DNA from: Bacteroidota bacterium
GTDB taxonomy: Bacteria; Bacteroidota; Ignavibacteria; Ignavibacteriales; SURF-24
Assembly: GCA_050258935.1 (NCBI GenBank)
Contig: JBLMZS010000013.1
Location: 141,190-205,189, forward strand
Reading direction: 5' to 3'
DNA: 64,000 nt
A program made the position numbers and the translations under genes. Under the pieces are notes generated by a model. It had not been told where the DNA came from, did no database searches, and worked only from the letters and a program-made list of their open reading frames with translations. Below, piece after piece: positions 46,394 through 55,118 of the stretch. Numbering within the stretch: the stretch's first letter is position 1; each line of letters starts with the position of its first letter.

Positions 46394-47818
46394 ATGAGAG
46401 TATTTTCTACAAAACTATTGACGGGCATATTATTGTTTACAGCCTGTATTTCTTCCGGTTCATTTGCACAGCAGACTGAGTCATGGAAATACGAGAGAAA
46501 AATAACATTTCCGGTGGCCGATTCAGTCACCGCTAATCCTTACTTATGTTCTCTTGATTCAAAGGGACGCCTATACGTAATATCATCGGTCGTAACAAAC
46601 CTCAAAGCTCACAACGCTATTTATTACGCCGATCCCACTGACACTGAATTCAAAGTCCTGGTTGACTACACAGCCAAGAACGATACTATAAATGTCAATC
46701 AGCTGATAGGCATCACTACTATAGATGATGACGTTCTTGTTACTACTAAAGCTCATAAATCCGTTAACGCCGGCGGAGTTTCAAGAGGCTATTACATCAC
46801 TGACGGTGATACAGCCAAAGCACAGCTTATTGGATTTGGTGCGGGAGCTTTTTCAGGCTGGGGTACACTGGTTTACGGATGGGCATCCACCAAGGATTCA
46901 ATACTGTTCTCAGGACTTGCTTACGGCGGAACCTCAGTAAGAGCTTATAACTTCAGCCATAACTTTACCGGTTCCGGCTGGGGTTCATTTATTGCTATGG
47001 ACGGACTGACTCCTGCCGAACCAGGCGGACCGCAGATCGTGCCGGGATTCGATATTATACGTGACTGCGCAGTCAACCCGGTTGCTGATTATTCAAAACC
47101 TGAAACCAAATGGTATACATCCAGAAACGCCGGAGACAACCAGGCGGCTAACGGTGGTATTGCTGTATGGACAGGCGGAACACAGACATCTCCGAAAACT
47201 TACGTCGGACAGAGAGTCTCTGACCCCAACAAAGACGTTGAATTCGGTCCTTCACTCCCCTATGGCATTACAGTCGACAAACTCGGCAGATTATGGGTCG
47301 CCGGTATAGACACGCTCAGAAGATGGGTCAAATGCTTTGAAGTTGACGATATGAACTCTGCAAGTGAAGTTCTCGAACTTCCCAACCAGAACAGTATGTC
47401 TGCTCCTGATCCGAACGGAGCTGCATTTACATATCCGTGCGACGTGGCGGTGGATAATGATCTGACAAAGGCATATGTTGTCGATGCCGGTACTCGTGCT
47501 GCTTATGTATTTATAAACGGTACCAGCGATGTAGCTGACGGCAAAAACATTCCCGTGGAATTTGCTCTCGAACAGAATTATCCAAATCCTTTCAATCCTT
47601 CTACGACAATAAGCTATTCGCTTCCGAAGGCCATGAATGTCAGGCTGACTGTTACAAACAGCCTCGGCCAGGTGATTTCGACCCTTGAAGACGGATTCAG
47701 ATCTGCAGGCAAACACGTTGTTTCATTCAACGCTTCAAATCTTGCAAGCGGCATCTACTTCTATTCACTCAAAGCTGAGAACCTGAATATTAGCAGGAAA
47801 ATGCTGCTCATGAAGTAA
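46394..47818 (+). CDS. Secreted beta-propeller-like protein with a T9SS C-terminal sorting domain
   Basis: GGAGG RBS and a signal peptide. Has repeated GRLYV/GRLWVAG-type blades. C-terminal domain EQNYPNPFNPSTTISYSLP…SGIYFYSLKAENLNISRKMLLMK. Confidence 0.7.
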   Translation: MRVFSTKLLTGILLFTACISSGSFAQQTESWKYERKITFPVADSVTANPYLCSLDSKGRLYVISSVVTNLKAHNAIYYADPTDTEFKVLVDYTAKNDTINVNQLIGITTIDDDVLVTTKAHKSVNAGGVSRGYYITDGDTAKAQLIGFGAGAFSGWGTLVYGWASTKDSILFSGLAYGGTSVRAYNFSHNFTGSGWGSFIAMDGLTPAEPGGPQIVPGFDIIRDCAVNPVADYSKPETKWYTSRNAGDNQAANGGIAVWTGGTQTSPKTYVGQRVSDPNKDVEFGPSLPYGITVDKLGRLWVAGIDTLRRWVKCFEVDDMNSASEVLELPNQNSMSAPDPNGAAFTYPCDVAVDNDLTKAYVVDAGTRAAYVFINGTSDVADGKNIPVEFALEQNYPNPFNPSTTISYSLPKAMNVRLTVTNSLGQVISTLEDGFRSAGKHVVSFNASNLASGIYFYSLKAENLNISRKMLLMK

Positions 47819-47853
47819 TTCATTTCTGAAGCAAATAACAGTTACTTTATAAA

Positions 47854-47888
47854 AGCGGATCTGATTTTCTCAGATCCGCTTTTTTTAT
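47854..47888 (+). terminator. Rho-independent terminator between convergent genes
   Basis: 11-bp stem AGCGGATCTGA / TCAGATCCGCT with a 5-nt loop, followed by T7. Confidence 0.85.
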
Positions 47889-47916
47889 TTTAGTTTCAGC
47901 AATTTACTTACCTCTT

Positions 47917-49107
47917 CTACCTTGTGTGTCTTATAAGAAATGGTATGCTCCGGCTGATATATGGCAGAAGATCAGGGATCAGACCCGATATGAGCCTGCT
48001 AAAAATCATCCGCTGAACCGCTCCTGCATATAACAGTCTTTTCGAATATCTTTTCATCCATAGCTCCCCGTACCTGTTCTCATACCATTCACAGGATTTG
48101 CCATACCTGCCTGTAAGCTTTTCCTCAATAACCATTGCGGCAAGCAGTCCGCTGCTGAGTGCCATGGAAATGCCGTCGCCGGCCAGAGGTGCGATCACCC
48201 TTGCAGCATCTCCTGCCACAAACATACCACTGCTGATCAGTTCGCGTCTGCCGAAATATATATTGCCTGTGCCGTATCTGTGCAATCCCGCAACTGCTGC
48301 AGCATCGCTGAATGTATGCCTGAATACCGGAAACGATTCATACAGTTCATGAAGTACATCACCCGCCTGAACCTGACGCGTCAGGCGCTGATCTATCAGC
48401 ATGCACACGTTTATTATCCTTTTGGAGACATAATTGATCCCGCAGTAAATTCCGCGCGACAGAAGTATGTGTATCTCATTTTTTCTCACAGCACCGTATG
48501 CTGCCCCTTCATCATACAGGCATTCAGTACAGGCAACAGGCACATGGTATTTAATGCCGATAAAACCGGATTTCACACCATCAGGCTTGCGTGAGAAACT
48601 GCTGTCAAGCGAACTGTACTTGCCATATGCAAGTATGATCTCACTGCATGAGAATTTCTGCCCAGACTGAGCATCCTGTACACTCACGACATACTTCCCG
48701 TTATTGTGTGTCACCGATTTTAATTCTGCAGGCATCAGTATTGTACTGCCTGAACGTCTTGCAGACTGCATGAGCATATCATCGAACTCACCTCTCTTGA
48801 GTCCATATGCAGTAAAGCCCAGCGGGATGCGGTACGGCAGTGATTTGACTGCAGAAACTGCAAATGTGTCTATAGGATTTGGATCAAGCGCAAAATAATT
48901 GTTTTTCAATTCCAGTTCATCCAGCACATCTAACGACTCTGGCGAATAGAATTCACCGCAGACCGTTTCTCTGGGAAACATTTTCTTCTCAAGGAGCAGT
49001 ACACTGAAACCCGCCCGGCTGAGGTATAGCGCCGCCGCTGATCCCGCAGGCCCCGCCCCGGCAATTGTTATATCATAGTGCTGCATCAAATTACCTGTCT
49101 GATTCAA
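47917..49107 (-). CDS. FAD-dependent oxidoreductase/monooxygenase (geranylgeranyl-reductase-like fold), third gene of the type III PKS operon
   Basis: YDITIAGAGPAGSAAALYLSRAGFSVLLLEKK (GxGxxG…E) and GDAARVIAPLAGDGI. Lies 18 nt downstream of the methyltransferase gene. Confidence 0.75.
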   Translation of the reverse strand: MNQTGNLMQHYDITIAGAGPAGSAAALYLSRAGFSVLLLEKKMFPRETVCGEFYSPESLDVLDELELKNNYFALDPNPIDTFAVSAVKSLPYRIPLGFTAYGLKRGEFDDMLMQSARRSGSTILMPAELKSVTHNNGKYVVSVQDAQSGQKFSCSEIILAYGKYSSLDSSFSRKPDGVKSGFIGIKYHVPVACTECLYDEGAAYGAVRKNEIHILLSRGIYCGINYVSKRIINVCMLIDQRLTRQVQAGDVLHELYESFPVFRHTFSDAAAVAGLHRYGTGNIYFGRRELISSGMFVAGDAARVIAPLAGDGISMALSSGLLAAMVIEEKLTGRYGKSCEWYENRYGELWMKRYSKRLLYAGAVQRMIFSRLISGLIPDLLPYISRSIPFLIRHTR

Positions 49108-49125
49108 TTGGGCAATTCACTGTCG

Positions 49126-49761
49126 TTACAGATAAATTGTGACCAGCCATCTGAATGCCCAGCGGTGGCTGATATCATAATTTCTTATACCTGCCCGCTC
49201 AATTATCAGTATCAGTTCGCGCTTAGTAAAGCCGCGCAGCACGGACAGCGGTGCATCGTGTTTTACCATACGGCTTTTTGACAAAAGTGCTGTCAGTATT
49301 CTGATCCCTGCCAGAGCAGTTCTGCTCCTGTGCAGGTCATTGATTATAATAGCAGTACGTGCGACGTTCTTAAAATTGCTGAGAAGTTCCGCAATACTGT
49401 TTTCGTGGAAATGGTGCAGGAAGAGCGAACAGTGTATTATCTCCACACTCTTTTCCCTGAAAGGCAGAAATAGGGCATCTGCACAGATAACATGGAGTCC
49501 GGGAGATCTCATCTTGCTGAACCTGCAGGCAGCTGGATTCCTGTCCACTGACAAATTGTCGCCGGTAATATTACCGGCTCCGGCACCTATATCGAGCAGG
49601 GAGCTTCCAGCAGGAAAATTTTTCAGTGCGCGGCGGCTCGAACTGTCGCCTCCGAGGTATTTGTTGATAACCAGAAGTTCTTTCAGGGCAACCGTAAGAG
49701 TCCCGTTCTGAATGGCAAAATCGTCCATCAGTTCTGTCTGATAGCTGCGCCGGAGTTTCAT
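49126..49761 (-). CDS. SAM-dependent methyltransferase
   Basis: The start is moved to MKLRRSYQTELMDD. Its ATG overlaps the PKS stop (ATGA at 49758-49761). SAM motif I is LLDIGAGAGNITG. Confidence 0.75.
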   Translation of the reverse strand: MKLRRSYQTELMDDFAIQNGTLTVALKELLVINKYLGGDSSSRRALKNFPAGSSLLDIGAGAGNITGDNLSVDRNPAACRFSKMRSPGLHVICADALFLPFREKSVEIIHCSLFLHHFHENSIAELLSNFKNVARTAIIINDLHRSRTALAGIRILTALLSKSRMVKHDAPLSVLRGFTKRELILIIERAGIRNYDISHRWAFRWLVTIYL

Positions 49762-50846
49762 CGGCTGCTTCCGGCAGTTCCTCTGAAAATGGCAACTTCC
49801 ATCGTAAGTCCTGGCCCGAAAGCTGCAGCGCACAGGTATTCATCCTCTTTCGGTTGTACCTCATCCAGCAATTCTTTCAGGACAAACATTATTGAAGCCG
49901 ATGACATATTGCCATACTGCCTGAGCACACTGCGTGAATAGCTCATCTGTTCATCACTCAGTTCCAGTCCCTGCTGGAGCGCATCAAGTATTGCCCGTCC
50001 CCCCGGATGAAGCGCCCAGTATTTTATTTTATCAATTCCTCTGTCCTTCAGAATTTTCCTCAGGGCCGGTGCAGCAGCCGAGACAATAATCTTTGGTATT
50101 TCAGAAGACAGTTTCATCTCGAAGCCGGTATTCCCTATTGCCCAGCCCATCAGCTCGCTGGAATTGTCGAACAGTATGGTTGCTGTATCGAGGAGTTTAA
50201 GGCGTCCCTGCCTGCCAGTGTCATTTGTAAACAGAGCGGCTGCACACCCATCAGAAAAGATAGTATTTGCCAGCAGGTTATCGCGTGTGGGTTCAAACTG
50301 AATATGCAGGCTGCACAATTCAACAGACACCATCAGTATTGAAGTCGGGTCTTTTGCTCTGGACAGGGCTTCCAGAACCGAAGTAAATCCGGTAATTGCA
50401 GCTGCGCACCCCATAAATCCTACATTAGTTCTTTGAATACTGCGGGGCAGTCCAAACTGTCTGATGAGATAATAATCGGGTCCCGGCGCATAAAACCCGG
50501 TACAGGTGACAGTAATGAGGCGTTTGATCTGTTCAGGTGTCATGCCGGTATTGTTCAGCAGTGTGGCGACTGCCTGGCAGCTAAGGCTGCGCGAAGCCTC
50601 CTCGTATTTTTTCATCCTCTCTTTTGTAGTAGGAGTGGAATTGTCGCCGAAAAGGAACTTATCGGGCGTATCGTCGCTTTCCAGTACGATAATATTTCTG
50701 GATTGGATACCCGAGTGATTTATAGCGGCATCCAGGATTCTGGCAGCAGCCGGTTTTTCAGCTGTCATCCGATTCTTCAGCTCCGCGCATGCGGTCTGCT
50801 GAGACACCCGGAATGGAGGCAGGGATGTAGCAATATCTAAAAGCAT
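49758..50846 (-). CDS. Type III polyketide synthase (chalcone/stilbene-synthase family)
   Basis: Cys-His-Asn triad contexts VTCTGFYAPG, WALHPGGRAIL and YGNMSSASIMF. Also GFMGCAAA and FGPGLT. 362 aa. Confidence 0.9.
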   Translation of the reverse strand: MLLDIATSLPPFRVSQQTACAELKNRMTAEKPAAARILDAAINHSGIQSRNIIVLESDDTPDKFLFGDNSTPTTKERMKKYEEASRSLSCQAVATLLNNTGMTPEQIKRLITVTCTGFYAPGPDYYLIRQFGLPRSIQRTNVGFMGCAAAITGFTSVLEALSRAKDPTSILMVSVELCSLHIQFEPTRDNLLANTIFSDGCAAALFTNDTGRQGRLKLLDTATILFDNSSELMGWAIGNTGFEMKLSSEIPKIIVSAAAPALRKILKDRGIDKIKYWALHPGGRAILDALQQGLELSDEQMSYSRSVLRQYGNMSSASIMFVLKELLDEVQPKEDEYLCAAAFGPGLTMEVAIFRGTAGSSR

Positions 50847-50867
50847 AAGGTACCTTTATATTTAAAA

Positions 50868-50898
50868 TAATTAAGGGCATATAAGATGCCCTTAATTA
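50868..50898 (-). promoter_or_regulatory. 13-bp perfect inverted repeat overlapping the predicted +1 of the PKS operon; an operator or a 5' mRNA stem-loop
   Basis: TAATTAAGGGCAT (50868-50880) and ATGCCCTTAATTA (50886-50898) with a 5-nt loop. It starts 1-2 nt downstream of the -10 and ends 21 nt before the PKS ATG. Confidence 0.65.
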
Positions 50899-50899
50899 C

Positions 50900-50927
50900 A
50901 ATATAAACGATACGTTCACATTGTCAA
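50900..50927 (-). promoter_or_regulatory. Sigma70-type promoter candidate for the PKS operon
   Basis: The minus strand reads TTGACA (50927-50922), a 16-nt spacer, then TATATT (50905-50900). Confidence 0.5.
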
Positions 50928-50932
50928 TCCAG

Positions 50933-51017
50933 AAACGCCGCAGAGTCTTAAACGCCGCAGAGTCTTAAACGCCGCAGAGTCTTAAACACCGCAGCATTTT
51001 AAGCACCGCAACGTTTT
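50933..51017. repeat. Five head-to-tail 17-nt direct repeats abutting the -35 of the PKS promoter
   Basis: AAACGCCGCAGAGTCTT occurs three times identically (50933-50983). Two degenerate copies follow: AAACACCGCAGCATTTT and AAGCACCGCAACGTTTT (50984-51017). Confidence 0.9.
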
Positions 51018-51044
51018 TGAAATGCCGGATATTTTATCGGTCCA

Positions 51045-51791
51045 TTATTTCTCGCGCTGCTGAGACCTTCTCATAGAATCCATACGGCTTCTCAGTATTT
51101 CATCCAGCACGGGATTTTCATCGCGTATGATGTCAAATCCCTGGAAATTGACATTCTGTGTGCCATCCTGGTATCCCGAGCCATAAGTCTGCGGTTTTGC
51201 CTGCAGGCTTTGATCAACGTCATTTTCGCGGCCCATGAATCTGAATTCCCGGATACGTTTCTTCAGCTGTTCAGAAGATGCAAATTCCGCTTTATTATCT
51301 TTTTCTGCTGCAGCAGCCCTGCCTGGTGACGCCTGAAGACCGGTTTCTGGAAGCAGGCGGCTGGAACCGGAAGGTTTTTCTGCCGTCAGTTCGCGAGACG
51401 CTGAATGTTCTTTTAATATTTCAGTTCTGCGGGCTGCAGCACCCGGATCCTCTTTTATAACCTGCTGTGAATCTGCTGCACGCCTTGCTATCTGGTTCTG
51501 CTGATCGTCCGCAGTATTTATGGGCAGCAGGAAGAACAGAAGCACTGCTGTAATCATTATAGCAGCCGGATACAGTATTTTTGCCAGCGGCAGCGATGCA
51601 AATACAGACCATCTCTCCGGCGATTTCTTCTTCATTTTTTCAGGACTGCTCTCGAGCAGATTTATGCGCCTTTTAAGATCGGCTTCAAAATCCTCAGGAG
51701 CAGCAATACGCGGAAGGCCGCGGAGAGAGCTGATTACGTTCTTAAATTTCTGATCATCTTCATTATTGTAACTTTTAATCATAGGCGTCAC
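51045..51791 (-). CDS. Single-pass membrane protein; putative anti-sigma factor partner of the ECF sigma
   Basis: Its GTG start overlaps the sigma stop (GTGA); an alternative ATG lies at 51782. Has one TM helix (ILYPAAIMITAVLLFFLL). No zinc-finger anti-sigma motif is seen, so the role is inferred from position only. Confidence 0.4.
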   Translation of the reverse strand: MTPMIKSYNNEDDQKFKNVISSLRGLPRIAAPEDFEADLKRRINLLESSPEKMKKKSPERWSVFASLPLAKILYPAAIMITAVLLFFLLPINTADDQQNQIARRAADSQQVIKEDPGAAARRTEILKEHSASRELTAEKPSGSSRLLPETGLQASPGRAAAAEKDNKAEFASSEQLKKRIREFRFMGRENDVDQSLQAKPQTYGSGYQDGTQNVNFQGFDIIRDENPVLDEILRSRMDSMRRSQQREK

Positions 51792-52369
51792 TCGTAATAA
51801 ATATGTTTCAACAGTTTTTGTAACTGAGCCCTTCCACGGTTTATACGGGACTTAACCGTCCCTATAGAAAGTCCTGTAATTTCGGCAATTTCCTCGTAGG
51901 ACATCTCCTGTATATCGCGCAGTATCACTACCTCACGGTACACGGGTTTAACTTTAGAAAGGGCATTTTCAATTATTGTATTCTTGATACCGCTGTCCGT
52001 AATAACATCCGGCAGGGCAGCTTTATCCTTGATATCAATCGTACCTTCATCATCATCGCTATGAATTGAAATGAATTTTTTTCTTTTCCGCCTCTTCAAT
52101 TCATTTTTCGCCAGATTGCCGGCAATAGTATATATCCACGTCGAAAACCTGGCGAATGATTTATATGATTCTTTGTTCAGGTAGAACCTAATCATAGTAT
52201 CCTGAACAATATCAACAGCAGCATCTTTATCGCCTACGAAACGAAAAACGAAATTCGTCAGCGGGTCTTTATACCTTTTAACGAGAATTTCGTATGCTTC
52301 TATTGTATTATTGGCCTGAAATTCGCCGATCAGTTCTTCGTCGCTGAGATCTTGTAAGTTGCCCGACAA
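51788..52369 (-). CDS. ECF-type RNA polymerase sigma-70 family factor
   Basis: Region 2 (…ILVKRYKDPLTNFVFRFVGDKDAAVDIVQDTMIRFY) and region 4 HTH (MSYEEIAEITGLSIGTVKSRINRGR). The only in-frame start near the N-terminus is TTG. Confidence 0.85.
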   Translation of the reverse strand: MSGNLQDLSDEELIGEFQANNTIEAYEILVKRYKDPLTNFVFRFVGDKDAAVDIVQDTMIRFYLNKESYKSFARFSTWIYTIAGNLAKNELKRRKRKKFISIHSDDDEGTIDIKDKAALPDVITDSGIKNTIIENALSKVKPVYREVVILRDIQEMSYEEIAEITGLSIGTVKSRINRGRAQLQKLLKHIYYE

Positions 52370-52451
52370 TTATATTATACTCGATTTTTGAAAAAATGTT
52401 TCAATTAGTATGAATAATTTAAATGAAAATACCTGTCAAAATCAATTTATT

Positions 52452-53474
52452 TCAGGCCAAAATTTCGGCCAACAGTACCGTTATGACGGTAGAAGGATCG
52501 GAAGCGGATGTTTTGATGCTCAGGTCGGCATTAAAGAGTGCTCCGGCCGCTCTGAACAGCCTGGTATCCCTGAAGTAGCGGCTGGCATTTTTGTAGCTGT
52601 CGAAGTATTTATAGTAAATTCCGAGTCTCTGCGCCACATCCCTTTCTGACGGAAGTGATTTTTCCAGTTCCGGGACCTGGGCCACTATAGTAAAAAACCT
52701 GGTCAGCATGGATATAATGAACAATGCTTCCTTTCCCTGTTCAAGCAGGTTAATGGCTGCCTCGTAAGATTTGACGCGGTTTCTCTGCGCTATTGCATTC
52801 TGAAGGTCAAATATTGTAAGTTCCTTCAGATTGCTGGAAATACTGTTGACCACCTCACCGGTAATTTCAGCAGTATTCTCGCCGCCCATAAAGGACAGTA
52901 TCTTCTGGAGCTGCATTTCAATCAGGCTGCGGTTTTCGCCCGCAATGGTAACCAGCAGCGAGGCATTCTCGGATGTAATTTTTTTGCCCCGTCTTGCAGC
53001 GTATTTTACCACCCAGTTTATCAGTTCCTCGCCCTTGGGTTCCCTCGCTTCAAAAATATAGTTGTCCCTGGAAAGCGATAAATATGGTTCTGCCTCAAGA
53101 TTTGAGATATTTCCGTGCTTAGTCATGATCAGTATCGTGGAAGGATTCGGGCTCTGGATATAGTGCACCAGCTTTTTCTTATCCCCTTTTACCTCATCGA
53201 AATCCTTTATGATCAGCAACTTTTTGCCGTCGCCGAACGGATACGATGAAGCCATATCTATCAGTTCGACAATGTTCTTTTCCTTGCCTGTAATTACTTC
53301 CTTGTCGAGTTCACTGGAAAGAAGCGGTGAGATATTGTCCTCGAGCAGCTTTACAGCTGCATCTATACTGTAGGAATCGTCTCCGAAAAAAAAATATACC
53401 GGCAAAAAGGTTTCCGGCTTCAGGAACCGGGCAAGCATCTGTATAGACTGGACGGCAATTTTGCTTTTGGACAT
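52452..53474 (-). CDS. holA: DNA polymerase III delta subunit
   Basis: N-terminal PVYFFFGDDSYSIDAAVKLLED. 340 aa with a HolA-like three-domain length. Confidence 0.65.
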   Translation of the reverse strand: MSKSKIAVQSIQMLARFLKPETFLPVYFFFGDDSYSIDAAVKLLEDNISPLLSSELDKEVITGKEKNIVELIDMASSYPFGDGKKLLIIKDFDEVKGDKKKLVHYIQSPNPSTILIMTKHGNISNLEAEPYLSLSRDNYIFEAREPKGEELINWVVKYAARRGKKITSENASLLVTIAGENRSLIEMQLQKILSFMGGENTAEITGEVVNSISSNLKELTIFDLQNAIAQRNRVKSYEAAINLLEQGKEALFIISMLTRFFTIVAQVPELEKSLPSERDVAQRLGIYYKYFDSYKNASRYFRDTRLFRAAGALFNADLSIKTSASDPSTVITVLLAEILA

Positions 53475-53506
53475 ATCTGCAGACTGTTTTTATAGGTTTT
53501 GTGCGT

Positions 53507-54172
53507 TTATTTAATATCGAATATGCTGTTTATATTGCGTGCTCTTTTTTCTATTATAACTTTATCCATAACGACAGGATTTACCGGTTTGCCGTCACCC
53601 GGATTCATTCCCGGCAATATCTCCCCTTCTGCAATTTTATCCACTGTATCCATTCCGGATATGACGCGTCCGAATATGGTATAGTTTTTAGGAAGCTGCA
53701 GAAGGTCGTTTAGTGCAACAAAAAACTGGGACGTATTTGTATTGGGACCGCTGTTTGCCATAGCTACTGCACCCCGGACATAACCGTCCTGGTAGCTGTA
53801 GGTTTTAGGGTCCAGTTCATCTTCAAAGTCACCACCATATATGCTGGTTCCTCCTGATCCTATACCAGTCGGATCGCCTCCCTGAATTACAAACCCTTTG
53901 GCAACGCGGTGGAATATGATGCCGTTATAGTAGCCGCGTCTGCTCAACTCAATAAAATTAGCCGTTGTTTTGGGAGCATCTTTCGTATAAAGTTCGATCT
54001 CAATATCACCCAGTTTCGTAGAGATTACTGCAACGAACACGGAATCTTCAGATATTTTTACTATTTTTGCCACGTCTGGTTTTGAGACATTTAAGGAATC
54101 CTCGCTGAGCGGTGCGGCACTAATGCATCCGGCCGCGGCAAGAGTAAATAAAAATAAAAAAATTCTTCTCAT
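53507..54172 (-). CDS. Cyclophilin-type peptidyl-prolyl isomerase (secreted)
   Basis: Has a signal peptide. FHRVAKGFVIQGGDPTGIGSGGTSIYG… and MANSGPNTNTSQFF. Confidence 0.9.
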   Translation of the reverse strand: MRRIFLFLFTLAAAGCISAAPLSEDSLNVSKPDVAKIVKISEDSVFVAVISTKLGDIEIELYTKDAPKTTANFIELSRRGYYNGIIFHRVAKGFVIQGGDPTGIGSGGTSIYGGDFEDELDPKTYSYQDGYVRGAVAMANSGPNTNTSQFFVALNDLLQLPKNYTIFGRVISGMDTVDKIAEGEILPGMNPGDGKPVNPVVMDKVIIEKRARNINSIFDIK

Positions 54173-54260
54173 CTGTAAATCTCCCTCGTTGTGATATCAC
54201 AATGGTTCGTTATATATTGCACAGCTCCTTTTCGGCAGTGCGTCTTTCAGATTTTATATA

Positions 54261-55109
54261 TCAGGGCTGCAGTATTCCCCTGTATATGAGAAACAACAGT
54301 ACTGCCCCGAGTATAACCCTGTAATATACAAAAATAAAACTGCTATTTCTTTTCAAATATTTCAGAAGAAAATCGATTGCCAGGTATCCGCTTATAGCCG
54401 ATGCTATTGTTGCAACGGCGAGGTTCAGCGCCATATCTGCATCAATGTATTCGAGAGAATGATAAAATTCGAGCAGTCCGCTGGCCATAACTGCAGGTAT
54501 GCTGAGCAGGAATGAAAATCTTGCAATCGCCTCTCTTTTATACCCCAGGAATAATCCTGCTGTAATAGTAGTTCCTGAGCGGGAAGATCCCGGTATAAGC
54601 GACACAGCCTGAGCACAGCCAATCAGGAAGGCATCCAGCCATCTGATTCCGGTAATTTCTTTCTTGAAACTGCCGGTTTTTTCGGCCAGAGCCAGCAGAA
54701 GTCCCAGTATGATAAGGCTGAAAGAAATCACCTGCAGATTTTTCGTAAATGCACCCTCTATAAAATCCTTGAACAGCAGTCCTATTATTCCGACCGGCAC
54801 AGAGCCTATTATAATATACCAGCCCAGCCTTGAATTTTCCGACTGAGCGCTGAATGCCTTTCTTTTAATAAGATTATCCCTGAGAAAATCAGTTGCAATG
54901 TTCCACAGATCCTTCCAGAAATAATATATCACAGCGACCAGAGTCCCCATCTGTATTACAGCAATAAATGCTGTCCAGTGTTCCGGATTTGTTTCAGATA
55001 TCAGGTTCATCAGACGGCCGGCAAGAGTGAGGTGACCGGTACTGCTTATAGGAAGGAATTCAGTAAGCCCCTGAATAAGTCCCAGAATAATTGCTTCAAA
55101 AATATTCAA
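54261..55109 (-). CDS. uppP: Undecaprenyl-diphosphate phosphatase
   Basis: GLIQGLTEFLPISSTGHL and PGSSRSGTTI motifs. Confidence 0.9.
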   Translation of the reverse strand: MNIFEAIILGLIQGLTEFLPISSTGHLTLAGRLMNLISETNPEHWTAFIAVIQMGTLVAVIYYFWKDLWNIATDFLRDNLIKRKAFSAQSENSRLGWYIIIGSVPVGIIGLLFKDFIEGAFTKNLQVISFSLIILGLLLALAEKTGSFKKEITGIRWLDAFLIGCAQAVSLIPGSSRSGTTITAGLFLGYKREAIARFSFLLSIPAVMASGLLEFYHSLEYIDADMALNLAVATIASAISGYLAIDFLLKYLKRNSSFIFVYYRVILGAVLLFLIYRGILQP

Positions 55110-55118
55110 AACGTGCTC

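Noticed and set aside
50933-51017. Possible CRISPR array
   Set aside because: The 17-nt units are directly contiguous with no spacers. The units are too short and no cas genes are present. It is a simple tandem repeat.
54188-54201. Perfect 14-bp palindrome TTGTGATATCACAA just upstream of the cyclophilin gene (CRP/FNR-like half-sites)
   Set aside because: The half-site spacing (TGTGA-N2-TCACA) does not fit CRP (N6) or FNR. A few perfect 14-bp palindromes are expected by chance in 64 kb.
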